Of a DNA stretch of 64,000 nt, positions 18,153-28,664 are shown piece by piece. The position numbers and the translations under genes are program-made. The stretch comes from a candidate division WOR-3 bacterium (lineage in GTDB: Bacteria; Hydrothermota; Tepidihabitantia; Tepidihabitantales; Tepidihabitantaceae), in contig CBFGKH010000001.1 in NCBI GenBank assembly GCA_965649295.1, forward strand, positions 160,001-224,000, written 5' to 3'. The notes under the pieces are model-generated. The model searched no databases and was not told the origin of the DNA. It saw only the letters and a list, made by a program, of their open reading frames with translations. The first letter of the stretch is position 1, and each line of letters starts with the position of its first letter.

Positions 18153-18626
18153 ATGGAACCAGACATCCCGCGTGGCCAGTCGGCCCCACTGCGGCTGGGT
18201 AGCCTCAATGTCGTCATCCTAATTGGCCGGGTGGCAATGGGGCCTGACCTCCGCTACACCCCCAAAGGTACCGCTGTCCTCAACTTCCGGATTGCCGTCA
18301 ACCGCCGTTACAAGGACAAGACAACCGACGAATGGAAAGAGGAAACCTCATTTTTCAATGTCAATGCCTGGGGCCCGCAAGCTGAGCGGCTCAGTGAGAC
18401 AATGAAGAAAGGCTCAGCCGTGCTCGTCGAGGGACAGCTACGCAGCCGCTCCTATGACACGCAGGCCGGAGACAAACGGTACGTTGTCGAAATCTGGGCG
18501 AACCGAGTTCAGGTCCTCGACCGTGTCAGCTCAGGCACCGGCGGGGTCGCGGCTCCACCGTCGAGCGCCCCTGCCGAGGATGAACCCGATTTCTCCCGGG
18601 ACCAACTCGACGACATTCCATTTTAG
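18153..18626 (+). CDS. ssb: single-stranded DNA-binding protein
   Basis: LNVVILIGR, DLRYTPKG, VLVEGQLRSRSY, C-terminal DDIPF. Confidence 0.95.
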   Translation: MEPDIPRGQSAPLRLGSLNVVILIGRVAMGPDLRYTPKGTAVLNFRIAVNRRYKDKTTDEWKEETSFFNVNAWGPQAERLSETMKKGSAVLVEGQLRSRSYDTQAGDKRYVVEIWANRVQVLDRVSSGTGGVAAPPSSAPAEDEPDFSRDQLDDIPF

Positions 18627-18663
18627 TCGTTGTTGTTGACCAGCTTGGCGGCTCCGTCGTGAA

Positions 18664-19314
18664 CTAGTACTTGCTGCGGCCCTCGTCGTAGGTCTGGGTC
18701 GGCTTGCTCGATTTCAGTTCCTCGGTTTCAACGTGCTCCCACGAATACGGAACCGTGACCCAGACCCGGCAGGGAGCGCCATAGACCTCAGCCGATGAGA
18801 ACTTGGCCCGCAGACCAGCATCAGCCGCTGCCGAATCTGCTGCCAGCGCACTGGACGATTGCCGAATTCGCACGGCGATAACCGAACCATCGTAGTCAAC
18901 CAACAGTTCAGCTAGCGCCTGCCCACTGAAACCGGTTCCCTTCAGCCGGTCGGGGTAAACTGCATTGGGCAGACTGATTGGCTCTGGCTTCTTAGTGGCT
19001 TGGGCATAGCGAGTGTTATGAGCAAAGTCGCCAAGCAACGGAACTGCCCAGTCCCCCCAGTAACGCAACAACCCAACGCAGTTGAACTGCACAAACACGG
19101 TGTCACCAGTCTTGACAGTAGCACCGGAATCAGGCTGCTGACCGACAATCATGAACTGCCGGGCCGCGGCAGTATCCTGTTCGACCTGAGCATAGCGGAT
19201 AACTAACCCTGCTTTGCGCAGCGGCTTGGTTCCAACGAAGAGACTCTGACCAACAATCGCCGGCATCGAAAGCTCAGCCTGGGCCAGCAGTATCAGTACG
19301 AGCAATGCATTCAT
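18664..19314 (-). CDS. exported PASTA domain + TonB C-terminal domain protein
   Basis: Signal peptide; MPAIVGQS...IVGQQPDSGATVKTGDTV (PASTA-like); YPDRLKGTGFSGQALAELLVDYDGSV...SS...DSAA...F...V.VPY (TonB_C-like). Confidence 0.65.
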   Translation of the reverse strand: MNALLVLILLAQAELSMPAIVGQSLFVGTKPLRKAGLVIRYAQVEQDTAAARQFMIVGQQPDSGATVKTGDTVFVQFNCVGLLRYWGDWAVPLLGDFAHNTRYAQATKKPEPISLPNAVYPDRLKGTGFSGQALAELLVDYDGSVIAVRIRQSSSALAADSAAADAGLRAKFSSAEVYGAPCRVWVTVPYSWEHVETEELKSSKPTQTYDEGRSKY

Positions 19315-19382
19315 AAACTACACTACTCCTCGGCCTATATCATTCCCGCCCCAGTTATTCGTATCGGCCGGCAGCTAGTCTC

Positions 19383-22300
19383 CTAGCGGGCCATAACCAG
19401 CTTAGTCCAAGCCTCGGTTGCCTGCGTTCTTACGCGACAGAAATAGACACCTGGTGTCACCGGTCTCCCGGCATCGTCGCGACCGTCCCAGCGATAGGTC
19501 GCCTCGCCAGACGGCTGTTGGCCAGTCGCCACCGTTCGCACCAGTCGCCCGTTGTTGTCAAAAACAGCAACATCGGCCTTGGTCGGCACTGGCAGCAACA
19601 CCGACAGCTCGACGTTACTGAGGAAAGGATTCGGCATGGCTCTAACCCTGGAGACTCGGTCTAGTGAGACATTGGGACTTTCTTCAACCGCCTGAACAAT
19701 CGGTTCCGAATATCGGATGGCCCGACCAGCAGCAATCGGCGCTGCTGCCCGGTGATAAGTCCCATCAAAAAGGCACTGGATCGCGATCGTACGCGATGGA
19801 CTCTGTTCGCCAACCGTGCACGACGAAAAGTCCCGGACAATCTGATACTGAGCCACGGCAACGCAATTTGTCCCAGCTAGCAGGGTCGTATCATAGAGAA
19901 TCAACTGGAACTTCTGGTAGGTTGTCTGAGCCCGATAGAGTGGCACCGAATCGTACTCAACGATAAAACGGTGGTTGGGTGCGTCGTGGTAATACCAGAC
20001 TCCGCCACCGCTCGGCGGATAGAGGTCATCCCAACAGAGACAAAACATCGGCGGCAGCGACGAGTTCGGTAAGGCGGTGTTCGTGTAAGTTGACAGCGTT
20101 GTACTGCCAAGTCCAACCCAACCGTTGGAGCAGACCGAAATCTGAGTGTAGTTCTGACCATAGAAGCGAAATGGCCCGAACGCGGACGGCAGGTTGATCG
20201 TTACCGTCTGGTCGTCCGACAGCGTCAGGCGCGTGCCGACACCGGCAATCTCAACCCAGTTATAAGTTGGCCGTTCCGGGTAAGCTATGTCAACATCATC
20301 CCAAGCATAGTAGAGCGGAACGGTGCCACCCGAATCCGGCTGAGGATCATACTGCGTAATAGCACCAATCCCGATACTGAAATCGAAGCTGTCGGTGTAC
20401 CCGCCGTGAAAACGCAGCCGGAAACTCGCCTGGTGCTCACGGGGACAGGCAGGACTAACCTGCAACCGGAATCGGTCTGTCCAGTTCCAACGCACTGAGT
20501 CCGGCAGCAGGTCGCCATAGTTAGCAACCGAATCAACCAGCGTTACATAGACATCAGCCGTCGCAAGTGTTGCGCTCACACCAGTTACGCCGGTGCGACC
20601 GACATTCTTCACTGCCAGCACCAGGTCCGCTGTCTCGCCTGGGTCGAGCCGACCGTTACCATTCCCGCCCGGTACCGAGTCCAGAATCACTCGATCATGA
20701 TAGATCAATGCCGGCTGGTTTGACAGAATCGCCTCAATCGCATCGAGATCGAATCCAGCAGTCGCTCCTGATGTTGCCGAACTGTCATCAACGACCTTCA
20801 CATAGCGACAGGTACCGACCGGGCCTAGGTCAAAACCCTGCGTGCCAGTGCCCCAGCCGAGCACTGTCCACGGCCCCCTCCAATCATTCGCCACCTCAAT
20901 TCGATAGCCTTCAGGATCGGCATCGTCTTCATACACGGTGAAGTCATTCCCGGCGAGATTGAAAACCTGTGTCCCGAAGTCATAGATTGCCATCCCGCCC
21001 CGGCCCATCGAGAACCGACGACCATCGCGCCGCCCCAGCGCCCAGTCCGGAGTCGAAAAAATGGCCTCATCGCTCACTCCTCGACCAGCCATGAAGCGGT
21101 GGAGTGTTACCGGTTCGGTCGTATCCGGAACTAGTTGCACGTCGAGCCGGGTAACAGTGTCGCCAGTCACCACAACCCCGTTCACCGTCTTGGACCGATA
21201 ACCGTTTGCCTCAAAGACGACCGAATAGGTACCTGGCCGCAGGTAACGATGATAGTCACCCAGCGAATCGCAATAGCTTGGAAAGTTAATCGGCATTGGC
21301 CGTAACCGGGCTCGCACCGGCTGACCAGTTAGCGAATCAGTCACAATGCCCCGGATGCCACGGTCAACGTTGGCTAGCACCATCTTCATCGCCTCTCGCT
21401 CCCGGGTACAGATAGCCGGCAGTGACTCAGCCGGCGGTGTCTTGTAGACACAGACCTCGACAGTCCAGCTGATGGCACCGTGCGCGCCGTAGGCGTAATC
21501 CTTGGATGAGCCATTAATCTGATACATCGTCCGGTAGCCAGGTCCATAATCGTAGCCAGTGATGTTGTGATATTGCTCGGCGAGATACTGGATCTCCATC
21601 GAGTCACGCGTGCCGTAGGGAGCATAACTCCACGGCGTCGAAATCATCGTCGTTCCGGCATGGCCTGACGACCAGAAACAGAACTGATTGCGCAACGACA
21701 GCTCGGCCAGCAGCCGCGCCTCGGGTTGCGTGAACGGCACCGATTGGTTGGTCTCGAAGTACCACATGTATCCGTAATCACGGTTACAGTCCTCGCCGTT
21801 TGCGTTGTAGCGGCTATTATTGATGTGCCCGTAGGGATTGCCTGGGCACAGTATCCAGATTTCACGCGTATTCACCCAGTAAGTCACGCTGGGGTCAATG
21901 CCATAGTTCTGCACCAAATAGACGGCGAACTCGAACAGTGCCTCGGTTGCCGCCTTCTCGTCACCGTGAATCGCTCCTTCAAAGAACAACTCTGGTTCGT
22001 CTTCCTCAATCGTTGGGTTGTCGGTAATCTTGAGCGCAAAGAGAATCGAGTCATTGGACGCACGGCCCAGTGTCTCAAGTTTGACAAATGACGAGTTGTT
22101 CTCAGCGATTATCCGAAACGTATCCTTGATCTGCGTGTAGGTGTGATAGCGGTAGTCTTGAGCATTCTTGGCATAGAAACCACGGATATCAGGCATCAAC
22201 ATCTCAACCGTGATGCCATCACGTCTGAGCTCGGCGACGACGCGCTGCGGCGCCTCAACCAACAACCAGCCTGACCGATCCAGACCATTGACAACGCATC

Positions 22301-22433
22301 CCTGTTGCTCCAGCCGACGCAGCTCATTGGAGCTGCGAATACCCTCAATTCGAATCAAGTCATACTGTTCTGCAGCAGTTGCTGCCGAAACTGTGACCAG
22401 TAGCACCCAAATCAACTGCAGCACGATTCTCAC
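19383..22433 (-). CDS. secreted M14 zinc carboxypeptidase with carboxypeptidase-regulatory domain and FlgD-Ig/T9SS-like C-terminal domain
   Basis: IHGDE zinc motif, NPYG, RYNANGEDCNRDY, SGH, TVE; C-terminal PNPF...WDGRDDAGRPVTPGVYF. Confidence 0.88.
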   Translation of the reverse strand: MRIVLQLIWVLLVTVSAATAAEQYDLIRIEGIRSSNELRRLEQQGCVVNGLDRSGWLLVEAPQRVVAELRRDGITVEMLMPDIRGFYAKNAQDYRYHTYTQIKDTFRIIAENNSSFVKLETLGRASNDSILFALKITDNPTIEEDEPELFFEGAIHGDEKAATEALFEFAVYLVQNYGIDPSVTYWVNTREIWILCPGNPYGHINNSRYNANGEDCNRDYGYMWYFETNQSVPFTQPEARLLAELSLRNQFCFWSSGHAGTTMISTPWSYAPYGTRDSMEIQYLAEQYHNITGYDYGPGYRTMYQINGSSKDYAYGAHGAISWTVEVCVYKTPPAESLPAICTREREAMKMVLANVDRGIRGIVTDSLTGQPVRARLRPMPINFPSYCDSLGDYHRYLRPGTYSVVFEANGYRSKTVNGVVVTGDTVTRLDVQLVPDTTEPVTLHRFMAGRGVSDEAIFSTPDWALGRRDGRRFSMGRGGMAIYDFGTQVFNLAGNDFTVYEDDADPEGYRIEVANDWRGPWTVLGWGTGTQGFDLGPVGTCRYVKVVDDSSATSGATAGFDLDAIEAILSNQPALIYHDRVILDSVPGGNGNGRLDPGETADLVLAVKNVGRTGVTGVSATLATADVYVTLVDSVANYGDLLPDSVRWNWTDRFRLQVSPACPREHQASFRLRFHGGYTDSFDFSIGIGAITQYDPQPDSGGTVPLYYAWDDVDIAYPERPTYNWVEIAGVGTRLTLSDDQTVTINLPSAFGPFRFYGQNYTQISVCSNGWVGLGSTTLSTYTNTALPNSSLPPMFCLCWDDLYPPSGGGVWYYHDAPNHRFIVEYDSVPLYRAQTTYQKFQLILYDTTLLAGTNCVAVAQYQIVRDFSSCTVGEQSPSRTIAIQCLFDGTYHRAAAPIAAGRAIRYSEPIVQAVEESPNVSLDRVSRVRAMPNPFLSNVELSVLLPVPTKADVAVFDNNGRLVRTVATGQQPSGEATYRWDGRDDAGRPVTPGVYFCRVRTQATEAWTKLVMAR

Positions 22434-22501
22434 AACGCCTCCTCGATGAAAACAGTCGGTCAGCCGACCTCTGGTTTTCTCTGCATCAGCTTCACATGAC
22501 G

Positions 22502-22585
22502 ATTATAGGCCTGGCCCATTGACGGTCAATCTACGGACTGCACCACTCGCGGCTGCGTTGACTTCGCCAGCCAGCAGGCTATCAT
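22502..22585. promoter_or_regulatory. divergent sigma70-type promoter pair
   Basis: Minus strand: TTGACC (22529-22524), 16 bp, TATAAT (22507-22502). Plus strand: TTGACT (22558-22563), 16 bp, TATCAT (22580-22585). Confidence 0.6.
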
Positions 22586-22596
22586 TGCCAAGATAG

Positions 22597-22995
22597 ATGG
22601 TGACATTCGAAGTGACGACCCACCGGCGGATCGAGTTCGTTGACATCACCAATCAGGTTAGCGTAATCATCAGTAACAGCCGAATCAGCTCTGGCGTCTG
22701 TGTTGTCTGGATACCCCACACAACTGCTGCCGTCATGGTAAACGAGGGCCACGACCCGGCTGTCCTCGCTGACATCGAGCGAGCCCTATCGCGGATGGTG
22801 CCCACCCGGTCCGACTATGCTCATCGCGAGGGCAACGCTGACGCCCACATCAAAGCCGCCATCGTTGGCACCTGTCAGTCGCTACCAATCGATGGCAACC
22901 AGCTTGCCCTTGGCCGCTGGCAGCGTCTTTTCTTCTGCGAATTCGATGGCCCCCGCCGGCGTCAAATAGTTGTTAGACTGATCAAAGATAGCTAG
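22597..22995 (+). CDS. yjbQ: YjbQ/UPF0047 family protein
   Basis: PHTTAAVMVNE, H.EGNADAHIKA, LGRWQRLFFCEFDGPRRR. Confidence 0.9.
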   Translation: MVTFEVTTHRRIEFVDITNQVSVIISNSRISSGVCVVWIPHTTAAVMVNEGHDPAVLADIERALSRMVPTRSDYAHREGNADAHIKAAIVGTCQSLPIDGNQLALGRWQRLFFCEFDGPRRRQIVVRLIKDS

Positions 22996-23011
22996 ATCGT
23001 AAGGAGCAATC

Positions 23012-24085
23012 GTGCATAAGAAACTATTTGTCCCTGGCCCAACCGAAGTCCGTCGTGAAATCTTGGATGCCCAAGCTCAGTGGATGATCGGCCACCGCTC
23101 CAAGGAGTTCGGCGAGCTAAACAAACGGGTGATCGAGAAGACACAGCAGGTACTTGGCACCAAGAATTACGTGATGTGGTTCACCTCGTCCGGCACCGGT
23201 ACGATGGAAGGCGCTCTGCGCAATGTCGTTACCGGCAAGGTTCTCCACACTGTCAACGGCGCGTTCTCTGACCGTTGGTTCAAGATTGCTAAAGCCTGCG
23301 GTAAGGATGCCCATGCGGTCAGCGTTGAGTGGGGTAAGGCAATCAAACCCGCGCTCGTTGACGCTGAACTGAGTAAGGGCGGCTATCAGGCCGTAACCAT
23401 CACCCAGAACGAAACCTCCACCGGCGTTCGCAACCCAATTGAGGAACTTGCCCAACTAATCCGCACGAAGTACCCCGACGTGCTGATACTCGTTGATGCC
23501 GTATCAAGCCTGATGGGCGACTGGTTCGACATTGACGCACTTGGCCTCGACGTCGTTGTTGCCTCATCCCAGAAGGCCGTCGCCTTGCCACCTGGTCTGG
23601 CCGTGGCAATTGTCTCGCAGCGTGCCCTTGATAAATGCCGTACTGTCCCTGACCGGGGCTACTACTTCGACTATGACGCCATGCTCAAACGCTACGAGAA
23701 GGACTTCCAGACGCCGACAACCCCGGCCATCTCGCTCTTCTGGGCGCTAGACAAACAACTCGACAGCATCGTCGCGGAAACAATGCCCAAGCGCTATGCC
23801 CGGCACGTCGAGATGGCACAGTTCACCCGGGAGTGGGCCAACCGCTTCTTTCAGGTCTTTCCCGAGCCAGGTTATGAATCGGTCACACTCACGACTGTTA
23901 CCAACACTCGGGGTATCAGCGTCAAAGACCTCAACACTGAGCTTGGTAAGCGCGGCTTGCAGATTTCCAACGGCTACGGCGACCTGAAGGAGAAAACGTT
24001 CCGCATCGCCCACATGGGTGACCTAACCCTGGCCGATATGAAAGAGGTCACCAGCGCGATTGCGGATATCCTTAAACTGGAGTAG
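23012..24085 (+). CDS. class V PLP aminotransferase (alanine-glyoxylate/serine-pyruvate family)
   Basis: LFVPGPT, IGHRS, NETSTGV, VDAVSS, SSQKAVALPPGL, FRIAHMG. Confidence 0.92.
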   Translation: MHKKLFVPGPTEVRREILDAQAQWMIGHRSKEFGELNKRVIEKTQQVLGTKNYVMWFTSSGTGTMEGALRNVVTGKVLHTVNGAFSDRWFKIAKACGKDAHAVSVEWGKAIKPALVDAELSKGGYQAVTITQNETSTGVRNPIEELAQLIRTKYPDVLILVDAVSSLMGDWFDIDALGLDVVVASSQKAVALPPGLAVAIVSQRALDKCRTVPDRGYYFDYDAMLKRYEKDFQTPTTPAISLFWALDKQLDSIVAETMPKRYARHVEMAQFTREWANRFFQVFPEPGYESVTLTTVTNTRGISVKDLNTELGKRGLQISNGYGDLKEKTFRIAHMGDLTLADMKEVTSAIADILKLE

Positions 24086-24121
24086 CAGGCGCTCGCAACC
24101 AGTGGCGATCGGCAGACGGGC

Positions 24122-26428
24122 CTGGGCCAACAGCAGTCTGCACTGCGGCTGGCGCTGGCCCTCTGCCTGCTAACCAGTGCTGCCGTCAGCAGCAACGGCT
24201 CACTACTGCACCCTCTCCAACCGCCACGACGGTTTGCTGCCGAACCTTATGATGATACTGTTGTCATCAAGTTTGCCAACGGTCTCACGCTCGACCGACG
24301 CTCGACATACCTAAACCCTGGGCAGCCTCGCCCTGGCCAGTACTGGCTCGCAGTAACGTCACAACCGCTCCATAACGAGATACTTGCCGAAATTGGGCAG
24401 TTTGGACTTGAGCCGGTTGCCGCGCTTGCCCGGCAGACCGTGGTCCTACGTTGCTGCGGCCCTGGGATGTTGTCAACCACCAGTGCCCCTCGCCTGCCTC
24501 TTAGTCTAGTCTGTCCCTTTCCGCCAGCAGCCAAGCTCGCGCCTGAACTCTGCTCGACAGAACAGTCTGCGACGACTAACCTGGTAGCGGCTGTCTGGCC
24601 CGACGAATCATCCTGGCTCCTCGCTAAAGCAATCGAATCACTTGGCGGTACCGTCAGTGATGTAACGAGCCGGGCCATCTTCTTTGTCGGCAGCCTGGCG
24701 CTTGCTGCCAAGGTCTGTTCGCTTGATGCGGTCTGCTGGGTCCAATCGGCTGCACCAGCTGAACCGTTCAACGAGGACGTCGAATGGGTCACTCAGATCG
24801 GCTGGCTGCAGGAAAGACCGGACTACTGGCCTGGCCGGCCAATCTGGAGCCGCGGTCTGGACGGCCGTGGGATGATTGTCGGACTATTCGACTCCGGTAT
24901 CAATACCGACCACGATGTTTTCCGTGAACCGCTCGGGCCGATTACCGGCCCGGGCATCTTTCCCTGGCATCGCAAGATCGCTGCTTACAAACTCTACGCC
25001 CGAGCTGACTTCGGCGACGCTTTCGGCTGTAACTATCACGGTACCGCTGTCGCCGGGACGTTAGCTGGTGATGATTCGGCTACTGGCGATGCCAAACGGC
25101 TTGACGGCGTTGCCCGCGCTGCCCGTATCTACTTTGTTGACCTCGCCCGTTCCAACGGAGCCTACGAGTTTCATTCCGACATGACTGCTCTGCTCGATTC
25201 GGTCCGACTGGGCAATGGTATGCCCGGACCTATTCGCCAGGTATCCGGGTCGTTTGGCACAACTAGGGCTTTGGGACAATACCTGCTCGAGGAAGCGACG
25301 CTTGATGCGGTCTGCTGGGCCGACAAGCGCTTTCTCGTTATCTGGGCTGCCGGCAATCTCGGTGCTGGCCCAGCCAATCTCGGTCACCCGTCCTGTGCTA
25401 AGAATGCCTTGGTAGTCGGTGCGACTGGCAACGGCACCAACAGCAATCTAATGGCTACCTTCTCGTCGCGTGGCCCGACTACTGACGGTCGCCAGAAACC
25501 CGAGATTGTCGCTCCTGGCGACCGAATCTTCACTCCCTACGGTGCCAGTCGTTCCGAGTATCGTGCGCGCAGCGGTACTAGCTTCTCCTCACCAGCAGCA
25601 AGCGGTGCCCTGATGCTCGTTAGGCAGTATCTGGCCGAGGGCCGCAACCCGACTGGAATACCCGACTCGGCTGCCCGCTACCCTGACCCAAGCTCAGCCC
25701 TGCTGCGAGCCCTGGCCTGCATCGGAACTGATATCAACGTGGACACCTGTCAGATTCCGAGCATTGCCAGTGGCTGGGGAAGACTGAACCTGAGCCGACT
25801 CCTGCGGTTTGATGCTGATTCGATTGGTTTTGCTTTTGTTGACGACTCGCTCGGACTGGCCGGTGGCTGGGAGGTCGAATATGAATTCACGCTCACAAAT
25901 CGCGCGCCGCTGCGCGTCGCGCTCGCCTGGACTGACACTGCGGCCCTGCCGGCTGCTGCCGTGGCGCTGGTCAATGACCTTGACCTGGAACTCATCAGTC
26001 CCGACGGCAACCGCTATCGAGGAAATTGCTTCTCATTCGGTCAGTCCCAGGCCAATCCGGCCGGCCGCGACGAGCGCAACAACCTCGAAGTCTGCTATAT
26101 TCACCCACCGCTGACTGGCCGCTGGACAGTTCGGGTTCAGGCCCGTTCGGTCTTTACTGAGCGCCAGCCATTTGCTCTCGTCGTCCAAGGTGGACTTGGC
26201 GGTCTGCCGGCACTGGCGAGCCAAGGCTCACCTACTCCGGCCCAAGATTTCACTCAAACCCTCACAAACAGAATCGTTCCGTCAGCAGCCGGCAGTCTCT
26301 TTGATGTGACTGGCCGCCGACTGGCTGTCCTGCCGCCACACGACAACACGGCCGGACGACTGCCGACCGGCGTCTACTACTTGACCATCAACGGTCGGCC
26401 GGTCCGCAAGGTAGTAATCACCCGCTAG
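24122..26428 (+). CDS. secreted S8 subtilisin-like serine peptidase with T9SS-like C-terminal domain; true start uncertain and upstream of the called GTG at 24440
   Basis: Catalytic triad motifs FDSGI, HGTAVAG, GTSFSSP. The frame is open from 24086 and encodes a signal-peptide-like LRLALALCLLTSAA about 100 codons before the first GTG. Confidence 0.8.
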   Translation: MGQQQSALRLALALCLLTSAAVSSNGSLLHPLQPPRRFAAEPYDDTVVIKFANGLTLDRRSTYLNPGQPRPGQYWLAVTSQPLHNEILAEIGQFGLEPVAALARQTVVLRCCGPGMLSTTSAPRLPLSLVCPFPPAAKLAPELCSTEQSATTNLVAAVWPDESSWLLAKAIESLGGTVSDVTSRAIFFVGSLALAAKVCSLDAVCWVQSAAPAEPFNEDVEWVTQIGWLQERPDYWPGRPIWSRGLDGRGMIVGLFDSGINTDHDVFREPLGPITGPGIFPWHRKIAAYKLYARADFGDAFGCNYHGTAVAGTLAGDDSATGDAKRLDGVARAARIYFVDLARSNGAYEFHSDMTALLDSVRLGNGMPGPIRQVSGSFGTTRALGQYLLEEATLDAVCWADKRFLVIWAAGNLGAGPANLGHPSCAKNALVVGATGNGTNSNLMATFSSRGPTTDGRQKPEIVAPGDRIFTPYGASRSEYRARSGTSFSSPAASGALMLVRQYLAEGRNPTGIPDSAARYPDPSSALLRALACIGTDINVDTCQIPSIASGWGRLNLSRLLRFDADSIGFAFVDDSLGLAGGWEVEYEFTLTNRAPLRVALAWTDTAALPAAAVALVNDLDLELISPDGNRYRGNCFSFGQSQANPAGRDERNNLEVCYIHPPLTGRWTVRVQARSVFTERQPFALVVQGGLGGLPALASQGSPTPAQDFTQTLTNRIVPSAAGSLFDVTGRRLAVLPPHDNTAGRLPTGVYYLTINGRPVRKVVITR

Positions 26429-27337
26429 TCACAACAGACTGCCCACCCACCGGTCGTTGACCAGCACATCCTGATTCCACGTCAGCCCCACCACTCTGAC
26501 CCCAGGAATACTGTTGAGAAAAGTCACTTTCTCCATAAGTTGACCCATGCCCCAGACATCGGCCTCAAGCTGCACATGCTGACCACGAAATGGCCGGCCG
26601 CCAAGGACAACATCAAATCCTTCTTCACTAACGAACTGACCGATACTGCTCGGCGGATGGGCAGTAGCTATCAAGAAATGGTAGTGCCCAAAGTTATCAA
26701 CCTGCGCCCAGCTCACCTCGGGCAACACGCGCAGCACACCACTGGGATTGGTTTCACTCCAGAGTAGCCGGTCAATCTTGGCCTGCACCCAGGCCGAGGA
26801 CTGGCCCAGCCCACGCGCAATCCCGGCGATGTCCTCGAGCGGATTGGCAACCACGTATTGTACCAGCCTCCGTTCCTCACCTGAGAGCGGGAGTGCCACT
26901 GGGAAAGAATACTCGGCAACCCGATAGACCTCGTGATAGTCAAGGTCAACGGTGCTGCGAATGAACTGCGTCTCACTTTCGAAATCCCGAGAGTAGAAAG
27001 AGACTGCCAGATTAGGACCGACGTTATCCGGCAGGCTGATATTGAGCACAAGCTCGGTAACAAATGGCAGCCGGCTGGCCAGCGCATTGGCCACCCCCAT
27101 AGCCCGCCGGGACTGCCCAACCAGCACTGCCCACACCCAGCGGTCTCCACCAACTAGCGGTGGCACGACGAGCGTTGCCTTGAACGTGCGGATTACCCGC
27201 GCGCTCAATAGCCTCCGCAATCTGGCTGCATACTCAGCTCCAGTTAGCCCAATACCAGCCAACTCGACAGCGCTTGCGAAAAATCCACGGCGTTCTGCTA
27301 GACGCAGTGCCGCAATATCCAGCTTATCTACTACCAT
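26429..27337 (-). CDS. tandem Lrp/AsnC-like winged-helix protein
   Basis: Two AsnC-type HTH units: DKLDIAALRL...ELAGIGLT...ARLRRLL..RVIRTF and LSGEERRLV...IARGLGQS..WVQAKIDRLL...GVLR. Confidence 0.55.
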   Translation of the reverse strand: MVVDKLDIAALRLAERRGFFASAVELAGIGLTGAEYAARLRRLLSARVIRTFKATLVVPPLVGGDRWVWAVLVGQSRRAMGVANALASRLPFVTELVLNISLPDNVGPNLAVSFYSRDFESETQFIRSTVDLDYHEVYRVAEYSFPVALPLSGEERRLVQYVVANPLEDIAGIARGLGQSSAWVQAKIDRLLWSETNPSGVLRVLPEVSWAQVDNFGHYHFLIATAHPPSSIGQFVSEEGFDVVLGGRPFRGQHVQLEADVWGMGQLMEKVTFLNSIPGVRVVGLTWNQDVLVNDRWVGSLL

Positions 27338-27371
27338 CCTGCCTCGCCTTCTGGATAGTGGCCATCGGTCA

Positions 27372-28664
27372 CTAGTAGGCTCCCCGCCGTTTCAACACAG
27401 CCGCCGGTGTCTTGGCGATTATCTTGATATCGTCCCACAGCGTCCACTCCTGGACATAACGGGTATCAAGGCGGACTCGATTCTCATAGCTCGTATCGGA
27501 ACGGCCCGAAACCTGCCAAAGCCCAGTTGCCCCCGGCCGAACCCGAAACATCAATAGCGAGTAGTCCTTATAGTACTTCACCTCGTCAGCGACGATCGGC
27601 CTTGGCCCGACAAAGCTCATGTCACCGGCTAGGATATTGAAGAACTGGGGCAGCTCATCAATACTATACTTGCGCAGAAAACGGCCCACCCTTGTCACCC
27701 GCGGATCATTCTTCAGCTTGAAAGTAGCTTCAAACTCCGCCCGCAGTTTCGGGTCAGAATCAAGCAACGCCTGCAGTCGCCGATCGGCGTCACGATGCAT
27801 TGTCCGGAACTTGAGCACATTGAACTCACGCATGTTGCGACCCAGCCGACGATGGCGATAGAATACCGGACCATCACTGTCGAGCTTGATCGCGATACTG
27901 ACCGCAATCAGTAATGGCGATAGTAGCAGCAGCGCGATAGCCGACAGTACCAGGTCGAGTATCCGCTTCACCCGCCGCAGCGTCCCGGTTACGTTGTACG
28001 ACGCAACTGGCCGCGGATGGGGACCGAGCAGATAGCTTGTCATCCGGAACGACGGAACCCCAAAGAAATCAACAAAGTAGTTCGCCGAGAGACCGACAAC
28101 GACCTGCTCGGTACGCTGGTCGCCGATATCAACAACCACCGAGTCGTAACGGCCAATGCGACCGTAGGCATCGGCGTTGGCCGCCAGCCAGTTCGGCAGG
28201 TCCTCAATCGTGATAACCTCCTCGCATTCGAATCCCCACCAGCGCAAGAGCGGCACCTTGTTGAGATGGATATCAGTGACCAACAACGCCGGCACCCGGG
28301 TAAGATAGCGAATGACAAGCCCAAGCAGGGGCGCGACCGCTGTCAGATACAGCCAGAGCACCAGCCAAAACTTCGCCGTCAGATTTTCACACCACGGCCA
28401 GACTGCGTGCACGAGACCATAGCCGGCATAGGCCATTCCGAAAGCCGCCTGTGTCCGTAGCGTCAGCCCGTAGTTCGCGCGGACCGTTGACTCGAACTCT
28501 CCAACCAGGTAGCTGGTCAACGCCAAGATCAAGAATGCGACGACAACCGATGTCAAACCAACAGACTCCGGAGCAAAGAAATTGCGGGCCAGCGCGACAA
28601 CCAGCAGCAGGAGCAGTAGCTCCAGCACAACCTGGGCCACACCACTGCTGCGTCGTGGAATCAT
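27372..28664 (-). CDS. undecaprenyl-phosphate sugar phosphotransferase (WbaP/WcaJ-like priming glycosyltransferase)
   Basis: N-terminal TM helices; [54 protein letters not shown]. Confidence 0.92.
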   Translation of the reverse strand: MIPRRSSGVAQVVLELLLLLLVVALARNFFAPESVGLTSVVVAFLILALTSYLVGEFESTVRANYGLTLRTQAAFGMAYAGYGLVHAVWPWCENLTAKFWLVLWLYLTAVAPLLGLVIRYLTRVPALLVTDIHLNKVPLLRWWGFECEEVITIEDLPNWLAANADAYGRIGRYDSVVVDIGDQRTEQVVVGLSANYFVDFFGVPSFRMTSYLLGPHPRPVASYNVTGTLRRVKRILDLVLSAIALLLLSPLLIAVSIAIKLDSDGPVFYRHRRLGRNMREFNVLKFRTMHRDADRRLQALLDSDPKLRAEFEATFKLKNDPRVTRVGRFLRKYSIDELPQFFNILAGDMSFVGPRPIVADEVKYYKDYSLLMFRVRPGATGLWQVSGRSDTSYENRVRLDTRYVQEWTLWDDIKIIAKTPAAVLKRRGAY

